Shown in pieces: positions 56,133 through 64,000 of a stretch of DNA of 64,000 bases. Position 1 is the first letter of the stretch, and every line of letters starts with the position of its first letter. The notes beneath the pieces are model-generated. The model worked only from the letters and a program-made list of their open reading frames with translations. It ran no database searches and was not told the DNA's origin. Origin of the DNA: Ardenticatenia bacterium (lineage in GTDB: Bacteria > Chloroflexota > Anaerolineae > Ardenticatenales > Ardenticatenaceae); contig JAUZRY010000009.1 in the NCBI GenBank assembly GCA_030949995.1, positions 6,195-70,194 of the forward strand. Reading direction: 5' to 3'. Both the position numbers and the translations under genes were made by a program.

Positions 56133-58041
56133 GCCCGTTGCCCCCCGTGTTCACGTCGATCCAACCCAGGCCAAGGCGCTCCAAGGTTTCCCGCGTCGGG
56201 TATCCTGTTCGCACGTCCCACCCGGCCAGCTCGTAGTAGATGTCCTTGGCCCGTTCCAGTTCCTCGGGCGTGATCTGGAGCCCTTCGGACGGCCCTTCGG
56301 TGAGCTGTTTGTGGAGCCGTTTGGTGAGCTTGTCGGCATCGCGGCCGATGCCTTCCCTGGCATTGAAGGCGCGCAACATGTTGAGCCGGCGCGCTCCCAC
56401 GGCCATGAGCTCGTCCAAGCTCACATCCCAGCCGGTGACAGCGTGCACGAAATCCGCCAGGTGTTCAGGGCCGTAGAGCTGCCAGGCCGGTCCCCAGTCA
56501 AATTGGCAAAGCCCCAGAGTGTCCAGGGCGGAGTAGAAGTCTTGGGTCTTGAGGGCAAATTCGACTTTTTCGCGGTTGAGGGCGTCCAGATCCTGGGGGG
56601 ATGTGAGGCCTAACATGGCGAGCCGTTCCAGCTCCCGCTTGCTGGAGCCGGGCTGGTAGGCGGTGTCGTGCTCGCTGGACTGGTGGTCGGCGCCAAAGGG
56701 GTTGACAGCGTAGATGAGGCCCAGGCTGCGTTTAATCTGGGGCATGTGGGCCGGAGCCTCCTGGCCTTTGACGGTGATGAGGAACGCGTCGCTGCCCCGT
56801 CCTACGGCCTGCGCGGCCCGCTCGGAGCCTTCGGCGAGCAAGTTGCCCAGGGTGCCGCGGCGGTGGGCGAGGGCGTCTAAGGCGGCCAACATGGCGTCGG
56901 CGTTGCCGAAGCGCAGCTCCAGGCCGTCGGTGTCCGCCAAGGTGAGGGCGCCGGCCTCGAAGGCCTCCATTGCCCACGCGATGGTTGCGCCTGCCGAGAT
57001 GGTGTCGAGCCCGTACCGGTTGCAGAGCTCGTTGGCCTTGGCGATGGCTTCCAAGTTGCCCACACAGCAATACGCCCCGAAGGTGGCCAAGGTCTCGTAC
57101 TCCGGCCCACCGTAGGTGCGGTCCACTTGGTAGGGGCCGTCGGTGATCTCGACAACGCGCTTGCACTTGGTGGCACAGGCGTAGCACGTGTCCCGGCCCA
57201 CGAGAATGGTGTGGTACATGGTCTGGCCCGAGATGGCCTTGGCGTGCTCGAAGACACCGGTGGCGTAGTTGCGGGTGGGCAAGCCTCCCACGTAATTTTG
57301 GGCTTTGACGACCACGGAGGTGCCGTACTTGGCCAGGGCCCCGATGGTCTGCTCCACGTGGTCTCGCCCCCAGCGGGCCAGTTCCAACACCCGGTCGCGG
57401 TCGTACAGGGCAGGGCGTTGGCGCCCCCGCACGGCGATGGCCTTGAGTTTTTTGGAGCCCATGACGGCGCCCATGCCCGTGCGGCCGTGGGCGCGATTGG
57501 CCATGTTCATGATGGCGGCGAAACGCACCAAGTGTTCACCGGCCGGGCCGATGGCGGTCACCTCGATGCGGCGGTCGCCCAGTTCTTGGCGAATGGCGGC
57601 CATCGTCTCGCCCGTGTCACGGCCCCACAAGTGGGTCGCATCCCGCAACTCGGCCTGGCCGTCGTGGAGCCAGAGGTAGACGGGTTTTGGGGCCTTGCCC
57701 CGGATGACGATGGCGTCAAAGCCGGCGAACTTGCACTCGGCCGGCCAGAAGCCACCGGCCTGCGAGTCTCCGGCACCTCCGGTGAGCGGGCTGCGCGCGT
57801 TGGCGGTGGCCCGGCTTTGGCCGTGGACCGGCGCGCCTGTCACCACGCTGAGGCTGAAGACGAACAGGTTGTCGGGCCCCAGTGGGTCCGTGCCCGGGGC
57901 CACATCCCGCAGCAGGTACCAGAGGCCCATAGCGCTGCCGCCCATGTAGGTGCGGTAGAAGGAGTCATCAGGGTGTTCCACCTCAAGGGTGCCATCTGTA
58001 AGGTTGACGTGGAGAATCCGTCCGTGGTATCCGTAGGGCAT
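56125..58041 (-). CDS. Aldehyde:ferredoxin oxidoreductase (tungstopterin AOR family)
   Basis: MPYGYHGRILHVNLTDGTLEVE...YMGGSAMGLWYL...RSPLTGG.GDSQAGG.W, plus the internal Cys motif region DTCYACATKCKR. Confidence 0.85.
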   Translation of the reverse strand: MPYGYHGRILHVNLTDGTLEVEHPDDSFYRTYMGGSAMGLWYLLRDVAPGTDPLGPDNLFVFSLSVVTGAPVHGQSRATANARSPLTGGAGDSQAGGFWPAECKFAGFDAIVIRGKAPKPVYLWLHDGQAELRDATHLWGRDTGETMAAIRQELGDRRIEVTAIGPAGEHLVRFAAIMNMANRAHGRTGMGAVMGSKKLKAIAVRGRQRPALYDRDRVLELARWGRDHVEQTIGALAKYGTSVVVKAQNYVGGLPTRNYATGVFEHAKAISGQTMYHTILVGRDTCYACATKCKRVVEITDGPYQVDRTYGGPEYETLATFGAYCCVGNLEAIAKANELCNRYGLDTISAGATIAWAMEAFEAGALTLADTDGLELRFGNADAMLAALDALAHRRGTLGNLLAEGSERAAQAVGRGSDAFLITVKGQEAPAHMPQIKRSLGLIYAVNPFGADHQSSEHDTAYQPGSSKRELERLAMLGLTSPQDLDALNREKVEFALKTQDFYSALDTLGLCQFDWGPAWQLYGPEHLADFVHAVTGWDVSLDELMAVGARRLNMLRAFNAREGIGRDADKLTKRLHKQLTEGPSEGLQITPEELERAKDIYYELAGWDVRTGYPTRETLERLGLGWIDVNTGGNGRA

Positions 58042-58094
58042 CGTGCCTCTCCTCCTGGAGTGTGTTGAAAGTCGTTCACATCAGCCGCCGTCCG

Positions 58095-59009
58095 TCACAG
58101 GCTGACCACGCTCTCCCGGTGTTTCATGCGCCGACCGTGTTGGTAGAGGAAATCTCCCCACGTGTCGAAGTGACGGTTGGCCACACATGTGCACCCCTTT
58201 TCGTCAGGGCGTGGGCAGCGGGCGACCATCTTGACCCCCATATTGGCCTCAGCAGGGGGCACCACGTAAATGCGCTCGGCATCACGGGCGCGGCTGCCCA
58301 CGAAGGCTTCCAGCCAGTCGTCCAGGAAGTTGCCCAAGCAGTGTGGGCATCGCCAGACGCTGAAAATGCGCTCGCTTCCCGTCTCGTCCACGTTGGAGAT
58401 CGAAGCCCGGTTGGTCATCCGGGTGCCACAGCAGGGACAGGGTTGGCCGCCGGGACGTTCGATGATGGCGGTGGGCACGGCCGGACGAGTGGCTGGCGTC
58501 CGACCCAGCAGGCGCCGGACGATGCCTATCAAGCCACGCGGTTTGTCGAGTTGGGGCAACACGGCGGTCTCCTCCTGGTCCTCCTCGGCGCTGCGGGCTT
58601 GGGCAAGCCAAGTTGAGTCCACCGGTTCGGGGGGACCTTGGCGGTAGGCGAAGCGGTGACAGTTGGGCGCCAAGAGGGTAACGTGTTCGGGTGGGCTGAT
58701 GGGCAGCTCGTCGGAAGACCACGTACAGTATCCCTTCCATCCGTCGTCGTCTGGGGCGTCCGAACGCCGGAAGAAGGCACAGGTGCCGCAAGTCAAGAGG
58801 CGCACGCCGTCGGCCTCCAACGTCTCCTTCAGGCGGGCGAAGAACACGTCGGGGCGCGTTTCGGGCACGGCCGAGGCGTCCGCGACGAGGTGCAGGTTGG
58901 CGGCTTCCAGTTCCCATTCTTGTCCTTCCCGGACCCAGACGGCGCCGTCCACTTCGCCATCATCCCGATGAACGCGCACACGGTACTCTTCCACGTTCAG
59001 GTACGACAT
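58095..59009 (-). CDS. Cys-rich hypothetical protein with zinc-ribbon-like motifs
   Basis: The ATG (complement of 59007-59009) gives MSYLNVEEYRV. Motifs CGTCAFF, CPCCGT...CPHC and CTC. I recognise no family. Confidence 0.5.
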   Translation of the reverse strand: MSYLNVEEYRVRVHRDDGEVDGAVWVREGQEWELEAANLHLVADASAVPETRPDVFFARLKETLEADGVRLLTCGTCAFFRRSDAPDDDGWKGYCTWSSDELPISPPEHVTLLAPNCHRFAYRQGPPEPVDSTWLAQARSAEEDQEETAVLPQLDKPRGLIGIVRRLLGRTPATRPAVPTAIIERPGGQPCPCCGTRMTNRASISNVDETGSERIFSVWRCPHCLGNFLDDWLEAFVGSRARDAERIYVVPPAEANMGVKMVARCPRPDEKGCTCVANRHFDTWGDFLYQHGRRMKHRESVVSL

Positions 59010-59067
59010 GGTGCCTTCTCCTTTCCCTGCAGGCGAGCGGGATTCACCCGCTGCTGCGATCGGCCGG

Positions 59068-60828
59068 CTATTCCTCCAGGATGACAACGGGCTCCTGGTA
59101 GTATCGCACTCGGCGGAGGGCCAGCTTTTCTTGCACGACCTCGTCAAGCCAATTTTGTTTTGCGCTCAGGGGACGATCGTCCCACAGAATGTCCAGGGGA
59201 GCGTTCAGGCGCAACACCCGGCCGGGGACGATGAAGCGCGTGATGCCCTGAGGCAGGTGCTTGCCCCGCGCGGCGATGTCGAGCACGTCCTGAATGGAGA
59301 ACTGCGGGAAGACGGCTAGGGCGACCACCTGCGGGTAGGCTGCCCTGAGCCGTTGCACGTCGGTGATGAGGGTGCGGGCCACATGGCCCCATGCCGTGTA
59401 CCGGGCCACTGCGTCATTGAGCACGTCGAGGGGGTCCAAGCTCCCGTCGTCCAGAACGGCGAGAAAGGCCCGGCCATCTGTGGTGAGAAAGTAAGCCAGA
59501 GTGTTTGCCTGCTCCTTGAGGCGCACGTGAACGTTGCCGGCCGGCTGTTCGTTGAGCCGGAGGCCGGGCACTTCCTCGAGGAGGGTGCTGAGCTCATCCC
59601 AGGAGGGCCCGCTGATGGCGTGGTGCCAGGTGTGAAGCGTGACGCCGGCGTCGGTTGGGTTCACCACTTGCACGACGATGTGGGGGATGCCGAGCCGGCG
59701 GAAGGCTTCGGTGCGGGTGGCGCCGTCCAGCACGACGTAGAGATCGTGTTGGTGTGCCACTACAACCGGCGGGTTGACGAGCACGCCCTGTTCTACAATG
59801 GCCTCCTTGAGGCGTTCCACGTGTTTGGGGTCTGTGGCCTCGTGAGGCACCACGTGGTCCACGGGCACGATTTGGAGGGAGAGGACGCTGGCGGCCTGGG
59901 TAGGCCGTCTGAGGACCTCGATCACCTGGTCGGCGATGGAGAGGGCGGCGTCTCGCTGGGCTTCCACGGTGCTGGCGCCGATGTGGGGAGTGGCCACCAC
60001 ACGGGGGTGACGCACAAGGGGGTGATCGCCAGGTGGTTCCTCGGCGAACACGTCGAGGCCGACGCCGGCCAACGCACCGGTCTCCAGCGCCTCCAGCAGC
60101 GCCTCTTCGTCCACCAGGCCGCCCCGGGCCGTGTTGATCAGAAAGGCCGAGGGCTTCATGAGGGCCAACTCGTCCCGGCCGATGAGCCCCACATTCTCCG
60201 GCCGAAGGGGCACGTGGAGAGTGACCACGTCAGCCTCGCGCAGCAATTCGGGCAGGTCGCAGGGGATGACGCCGGCCTCCAAGGCCAGCTCGGGCGTGAG
60301 ACGGGGTTGGTTGACGAGCACGCGCATGCCAAAGCCCTGAGCGAGACGGGCCACCTGGCGGCCAATGCGCCCGAAACCGATAATGCCGATCGTCTTGCCC
60401 CGAAGGGAGACGCCCTTGAGGCGGCGTTTCTCCCACTGGCCGGCTTTCATGGTGCGGTCGGCTTCCGGGAGGCGACGTGCCAAGGCCAGCAGGAGGGCAA
60501 AGGTGTGCTCGGCCACGGCGACGCTAGTCGTGTCAGGGCAGTTGCGGACTTCGATGCCCATAGCCCGAGCGGTGCTGACGTCGATGTTGTCCAGGCCCAC
60601 GCCGGCCCGCCCGATGACCCGCAGCCGCTTGCCAGCCTCAATGATCCTGGAGGTCACTTTGGTGCGGCTGCGCACGATCAGTCCCTCGTATTCGGGGATG
60701 ATGGCCTCCAGTTCCTCCTCGGACACGCCAAATCGCTCGTCCACATCAACGTACTGGCGCAGGCGGGTCACACCGGCCTCGTCCAGGGGTTCAGTGACCA
60801 AGACTCGCGGGCGCCGTTGCTCGCTCAT
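59068..60828 (-). CDS. serA: D-3-phosphoglycerate dehydrogenase fused to a C-terminal ParB/Srx-like domain (no ACT domain)
   Basis: PGDH part: VLVTEPL...GRAGVGLDNID...GIIGFGRIGRQVA...NTARGGLVDE...TPHIGAST. C-terminal part: IVPVDHVVPHEATDPKHVERLKEAIVEQGVLVNPPVVVAHQHDLYVVLDGATRTEAFRRLGIPHIVVQVV, plus about 200 further aa. Confidence 0.8.
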   Translation of the reverse strand: MSEQRRPRVLVTEPLDEAGVTRLRQYVDVDERFGVSEEELEAIIPEYEGLIVRSRTKVTSRIIEAGKRLRVIGRAGVGLDNIDVSTARAMGIEVRNCPDTTSVAVAEHTFALLLALARRLPEADRTMKAGQWEKRRLKGVSLRGKTIGIIGFGRIGRQVARLAQGFGMRVLVNQPRLTPELALEAGVIPCDLPELLREADVVTLHVPLRPENVGLIGRDELALMKPSAFLINTARGGLVDEEALLEALETGALAGVGLDVFAEEPPGDHPLVRHPRVVATPHIGASTVEAQRDAALSIADQVIEVLRRPTQAASVLSLQIVPVDHVVPHEATDPKHVERLKEAIVEQGVLVNPPVVVAHQHDLYVVLDGATRTEAFRRLGIPHIVVQVVNPTDAGVTLHTWHHAISGPSWDELSTLLEEVPGLRLNEQPAGNVHVRLKEQANTLAYFLTTDGRAFLAVLDDGSLDPLDVLNDAVARYTAWGHVARTLITDVQRLRAAYPQVVALAVFPQFSIQDVLDIAARGKHLPQGITRFIVPGRVLRLNAPLDILWDDRPLSAKQNWLDEVVQEKLALRRVRYYQEPVVILEE

Positions 60829-60874
60829 GGGTGCGTGAGCTCCTTTCTTCGCCTCTCGATTGTCCCACCACTGC

Positions 60875-61993
60875 TCAGGTGGTGGCCAGGAATTCGTCCA
60901 TGGTGTCGAGCAGGTGGTGCATCTCCTGGGAGGTGGTGTCCCCCATGTGCGCAATGCGGAAGGTGTGGCCTTTAAGGGGGCCATAGCCGTTGGAGATGAC
61001 CATGCCCCGTGTTCTCAGGAACGTGTTGAGGGCGTTCACGTCCACGCCGCGGGTGTTGGCCACGGCGGTGACCGTGGGAGAACGGGAGCCCTCGGCCGCG
61101 AAGAAATCGAATCCCCGCGCGCGCACCCACGCCCACGTCATCTCGGCCAGTTCGCGGTGGCGCGCGAAGCGGGCGTCCAGGCCCTCTACTTCTAAAATGT
61201 GGGTGAGCTGCACGTGCAGGGCGCGCAGCAGGGAGATGGCCGGCGTGGCCGGCGTGGTGTTGCGCTGAAGGTACTTCTCCAGCAGGAGAAAGTCGAAATA
61301 CCAGCCCCGTCCGCTAACTGTGTGGGCCCGTTCCAGCACACGATCGCTCACGGCGGCCAAGGCCAGGCCCGGCGGGCAGGCCAGCGCCTTCTGGGAGGAG
61401 GTGAGACAAATATCCAGTCCCCACTCGTCGAAGTAAATGGGCGTGCCGGCCAACGAGCTCACCGCGTCCACGAAGATCAGCGTGTCCGGGGCCACGTCGC
61501 GCACGGCGCCGGCAATGTCGGCGATGGGGCTGATGACACCGGTGCTGGTTTCGTTGTGGACTACCGTGATGGCGTCGGCGGGGCCATGTGTTCGCAGGGC
61601 CTGCACCACAACATCCGGCGTGATGGGTTGGCCCCACTCCACGGCCACGCGCACGGCCTCCTTGCCGCATCCGTCGGCCACATCTGCCCAGCGCTGGCTG
61701 AACGCCCCGTTGATAAAACAGATCACCCGCTCCCGGACGCCGTTGCGGATGGCTGCTTCCTGCAGCCCCATGCCCGAGGAGGCCGTCACGTAAACGCGGG
61801 CCTGAGTGAAGAAGAGGCGACGGGCTTGTGCTTGCACGCGGGCGAAGAGAGCTTCCAGCGCCTCGGTGCGGTGGCCGATCATCAGTTCTGCCTGGGCTTC
61901 GAGCACCTCCGGACGCACTTCGGTGGGCCCGGGGATGAAGAGGCGCGGGTGTGGTCGGTTGCTCCAATCGAAACGGTGCTGTGCATCCCCCAT
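60875..61993 (-). CDS. Class V aminotransferase (phosphoserine / serine-glyoxylate aminotransferase type)
   Basis: FIPGPTEV.PEVL, and the PLP-lysine region CLTSSQKALACPPGL. It lies directly upstream of serA on the same strand. Start chosen at MGDAQHRF. Confidence 0.8.
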   Translation of the reverse strand: MGDAQHRFDWSNRPHPRLFIPGPTEVRPEVLEAQAELMIGHRTEALEALFARVQAQARRLFFTQARVYVTASSGMGLQEAAIRNGVRERVICFINGAFSQRWADVADGCGKEAVRVAVEWGQPITPDVVVQALRTHGPADAITVVHNETSTGVISPIADIAGAVRDVAPDTLIFVDAVSSLAGTPIYFDEWGLDICLTSSQKALACPPGLALAAVSDRVLERAHTVSGRGWYFDFLLLEKYLQRNTTPATPAISLLRALHVQLTHILEVEGLDARFARHRELAEMTWAWVRARGFDFFAAEGSRSPTVTAVANTRGVDVNALNTFLRTRGMVISNGYGPLKGHTFRIAHMGDTTSQEMHHLLDTMDEFLATT

Positions 61994-62101
61994 AGTGCTC
62001 CCTCTTGCTCGGGATTTCGCGCAGTCACACCCGGAAACTGAAGTGAGTTTCCGGCGCCGAGAGTATAAACCAGGCAGAGCATGAGAGCAAACGGGAATCG
62101 C

Positions 62102-62130
62102 TTGGCACTTGGCACAGCCTGTGGTAGAGT
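62102..62130 (+). promoter_or_regulatory. Candidate sigma70-type promoter (TTGGCA-17 nt-TAGAGT) upstream of fdhD
   Basis: TTGGCA at 62102-62107 and TAGAGT at 62125-62130. A second overlapping pair is TTGGCA/TATGGT. Confidence 0.45.
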
Positions 62131-62245
62131 GTATGGTACGCCTTGAGCACGTGGGGTGAATGGCACCGCCAAACACCGTACCCGTTGCCTCTCCGTGGTG
62201 GAAACCGGTACGGCGTATGTCCTGTCATATTCAGGAGGGGTCAGG

Positions 62246-63088
62246 ATGGCCGAAGGTGTCCGCCGGATTACATATGTGGTGTATCAGGACGGTGGGCCAC
62301 AAGCGGTGGAAGGGTATGTGATCGAAGAGGGCCTGGTGCGTATTCACGTCAACGGCTTCGAGTTGGCCACGTTCATGTGTACCCCCCACCACTTGGACGA
62401 GCTCGCCATCGGGTTTCTCCGTTCTGAGGGGTTTATCGGGGGCATAGAGGACATTCGTGCGCTGGAGGTGTGCCCCAACCGGAGCTGCGTGGACGTGTGG
62501 CTGCACGACCTGAGCTTCCGCCCGCCCACTGTGCGCCCCATTGTGACCTCCGGATGTGGGGGCGGTGTCACCTTTGATGATATCAGCCAACAACATGCGC
62601 CGCTCTCCTCTGCCCTGCGGCTCTTGCCCGAGCAGGTGTCTGCGCTGATGCAGCAGCTCTACCAGGCTGCCCGCTTTTACCAACAGGCCCGCGGGGTGCA
62701 CACGGCGGCGCTCAGCGACGGACATGAGCTTCTTCTGGTGGCCGAGGACGTAGGGCGACATAACACTATCGACCGGCTGTGGGGCCAGGCGCTCAAGCGT
62801 GGCCTGGCGACACGTGATCGTGTTCTAATAGCCACAGGACGCATTAGTTCGGAGATGTTGAACAAAGCTGCCAAGATGGAGGTGCCCATTGTCATTTCCC
62901 GTACCTCGCCCACCAGCTTTTCAGTCCAACTTGCCCGCGCGTGGAACATGACTGTGGTCGGCTACGTGCGGCGCAACAGCTTTCGTGTCTACTCGGCTCC
63001 CCACCGAATAGGCGACGACACTCATCGGGCCGAGGCGCCCACAGTGCATGTGGTTCAGGAGAGCGGGGCCCATCTTCTACCGGGATGA
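62246..63088 (+). CDS. fdhD: Formate dehydrogenase accessory sulfurtransferase FdhD
   Basis: AGGAGGGG RBS. LATFMCTPHHLDELAIGFLRSEG...SGCGGG...VAEDVGRHNTIDRL...SRTSPTS. Confidence 0.85.
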   Translation: MAEGVRRITYVVYQDGGPQAVEGYVIEEGLVRIHVNGFELATFMCTPHHLDELAIGFLRSEGFIGGIEDIRALEVCPNRSCVDVWLHDLSFRPPTVRPIVTSGCGGGVTFDDISQQHAPLSSALRLLPEQVSALMQQLYQAARFYQQARGVHTAALSDGHELLLVAEDVGRHNTIDRLWGQALKRGLATRDRVLIATGRISSEMLNKAAKMEVPIVISRTSPTSFSVQLARAWNMTVVGYVRRNSFRVYSAPHRIGDDTHRAEAPTVHVVQESGAHLLPG

Positions 63089-64000
63089 TCCGGATGCGGG
63101 GCCGTGTGATTGTGAGTCGAATTGTGGTCCGATTAGCCTGTGTCGGCCTCTTGGGCATAACCCTGGCCGGTGTGAGCCTTTGGTGGTGGGCGTTACGTGA
63201 TCTACCGGATCCCCGCACCGTTGCCGATGGGCTCCCCACTCCGTCGGCCCGCATCTACGACCGGCGGGGCAATTTGCTCTACGAAGTGATATTGCCCGGG
63301 GGAGGCAAGCACGTCCGGGTATCCTTGGAACGCATTCCCCTCGCCCTGCGCCGGGCTACACTGGCCACCGAGGACGCGGCCTTTTACCAACATCCCGGTG
63401 TGGACTGGCGTGGCATCCTGCGGGCACTCCGCGCGAACGTGCGCGCGGGACGGCTCGTGGCCGGCGGATCCACGATCACCCAGCAGGTGGCGCGCAACTT
63501 GCTCCTTCCACCCGATGAGCGGCGGGAGCGCACGTGGCGGCGCAAGGTGCGGGAGAGCGTGCTGGCCCTCTGGCTGGAGCGCACCTTCTCCAAGGACGAG
63601 CTCCTTGCCCTCTACTTGAACACCACCTACTACGGCAATTTCGCCTACGGCGTCGAGGCGGCTGCCCAAGCCTACTTCGGCAAACACGTGTGGGAGCTGG
63701 ACGTGGCGGAAAGCGCCCTCCTGGCCGGGCTCCCCCAGGCGCCGGCCGAATACAACCCTCTCCTCAACCCCGAGGCCGCATTGGAGCGCCGGCGCCAAGT
63801 GGTGCGACTTATGGTCAACAACGGTTTCTTGACCCCGGAAGAGGGCCGCCGGGTGGCCGAAGCGCCTCTGGACTTGGCCGCCACGCCGTTTCCCATTGAG
63901 GCGCCCCACTTCGTCATGTACGTGCTCGGCGAGCTGGAGGCGCGCTACGGGGCCACAGCACCCGTTGAAGGGGGATGGCGTATCACCACGACGCTCGACG
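63085..64000 (+). CDS. Penicillin-binding protein 1A-type, N-terminal anchor plus GT51 transglycosylase domain (3' end outside the window)
   Basis: ATGA overlap with the fdhD stop. MIRMRGRVIVSRIVVRLACVGLLGITLAGV...ATEDAAFYQHPGVDWRGILRA...GGSTITQQVARNLLL...KDELLALYLNTTYYG. The ORF is absent from the track because it is open at the window edge. Confidence 0.85.
   Translation, partial: MIRMRGRVIVSRIVVRLACVGLLGITLAGVSLWWWALRDLPDPRTVADGLPTPSARIYDRRGNLLYEVILPGGGKHVRVSLERIPLALRRATLATEDAAFYQHPGVDWRGILRALRANVRAGRLVAGGSTITQQVARNLLLPPDERRERTWRRKVRESVLALWLERTFSKDELLALYLNTTYYGNFAYGVEAAAQAYFGKHVWELDVAESALLAGLPQAPAEYNPLLNPEAALERRRQVVRLMVNNGFLTPEEGRRVAEAPLDLAATPFPIEAPHFVMYVLGELEARYGATAPVEGGWRITTTLD

Noticed and set aside
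59353-60975. 540-aa plus-strand ORF opposite serA
   Set aside because: It is antisense to a gene with complete PGDH motifs. Its composition is typical of a GC-rich shadow frame.
62031-62054. 9-bp perfect palindrome CCGGAAACT-GAAGTG-AGTTTCCGG between the aminotransferase/serA operon and fdhD, considered as an operator or terminator
   Set aside because: It lies in a divergent promoter region with no T-tract and no second copy in the window. Its function cannot be supported from sequence alone.
1-64000. Search for mobile elements, defence systems (restriction-modification, toxin-antitoxin, CBASS/retron-like, CRISPR-Cas), tRNA and rRNA genes
   Set aside because: I recognised no transposase, integrase or recombinase motifs, no flanking direct or inverted repeats, no cas or nuclease-NTPase defence signatures, and no tRNA-like cloverleaf or rRNA segments. 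The only compositionally distinct block is the sigma/anti-sigma/CHAT module reported above.

Overview
This is 64 kb of high-GC bacterial chromosome. Gene content and organisation fit a monoderm, Chloroflexota-like lineage, but the taxon is inference only. I can support about 58 protein-coding genes, one cobalamin riboswitch, several promoter and terminator candidates, and one 96-bp tandem repeat. I recognise no rRNA, tRNA, CRISPR array, transposase, integrase or phage genes. Gene order, left to right: (1) a partial GT2 glycosyltransferase; (2) a B12-riboswitch operon with an LPXTG alpha/alpha-toroid protein, a DUF4430-like protein, EcfT, a fused EcfAA', an S-like component and possibly a PHP phosphoesterase; (3) a small secreted protein, PrsW and a large HExxH metalloprotease; (4) the conserved minus-strand nusA-ylxR-infB-rbfA-nrnA-truB-ribF string; (5) a crotonase with a zinc ribbon; (6) a GT39-like membrane glycosyltransferase; (7) a more AT-rich three-gene module of ECF sigma factor, double-ZAS anti-sigma and TPR-CHAT protease; (8) VanW, RicT, MoaA and ErpA; (9) two adjacent B12-binding radical SAM enzymes; (10) a shared ecfA1-ecfA2-ecfT module with panC, a DmpA-like peptidase, a solitary S component and an MBL hydrolase; (11) panE, panB and a prepilin peptidase; (12) a tightly overlapping string of pdtaS, pdtaR, an ABC ATPase, larC, a small membrane protein, a methyltransferase and a hypothetical protein; (13) a Pro/Thr-rich protein; (14) a THUMP methyltransferase; (15) a SoxB-like oxidase, ornithine cyclodeaminase, a short FAD-like protein and a tungsten-type AOR; (16) a Cys-rich hypothetical protein; (17) a SerA fused to a ParB/Srx-like domain, plus a class V aminotransferase; (18) fdhD; (19) a partial PBP1A. 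Most of the window is housekeeping. The most interesting candidates are the cytoplasmic sigma/anti-sigma/TPR-CHAT module, the riboswitch-controlled split transcobalamin-like surface pair, the SerA-ParB/Srx fusion, the panC-coupled DmpA-like peptidase and the paired B12-rSAM enzymes. About 17 reading-frame breaks plus one in-frame stop interrupt otherwise conserved genes, including infB and nusA. Several sit in G/C homopolymers, so consensus errors are the most likely cause. Coordinates of the broken genes are given as full spans.
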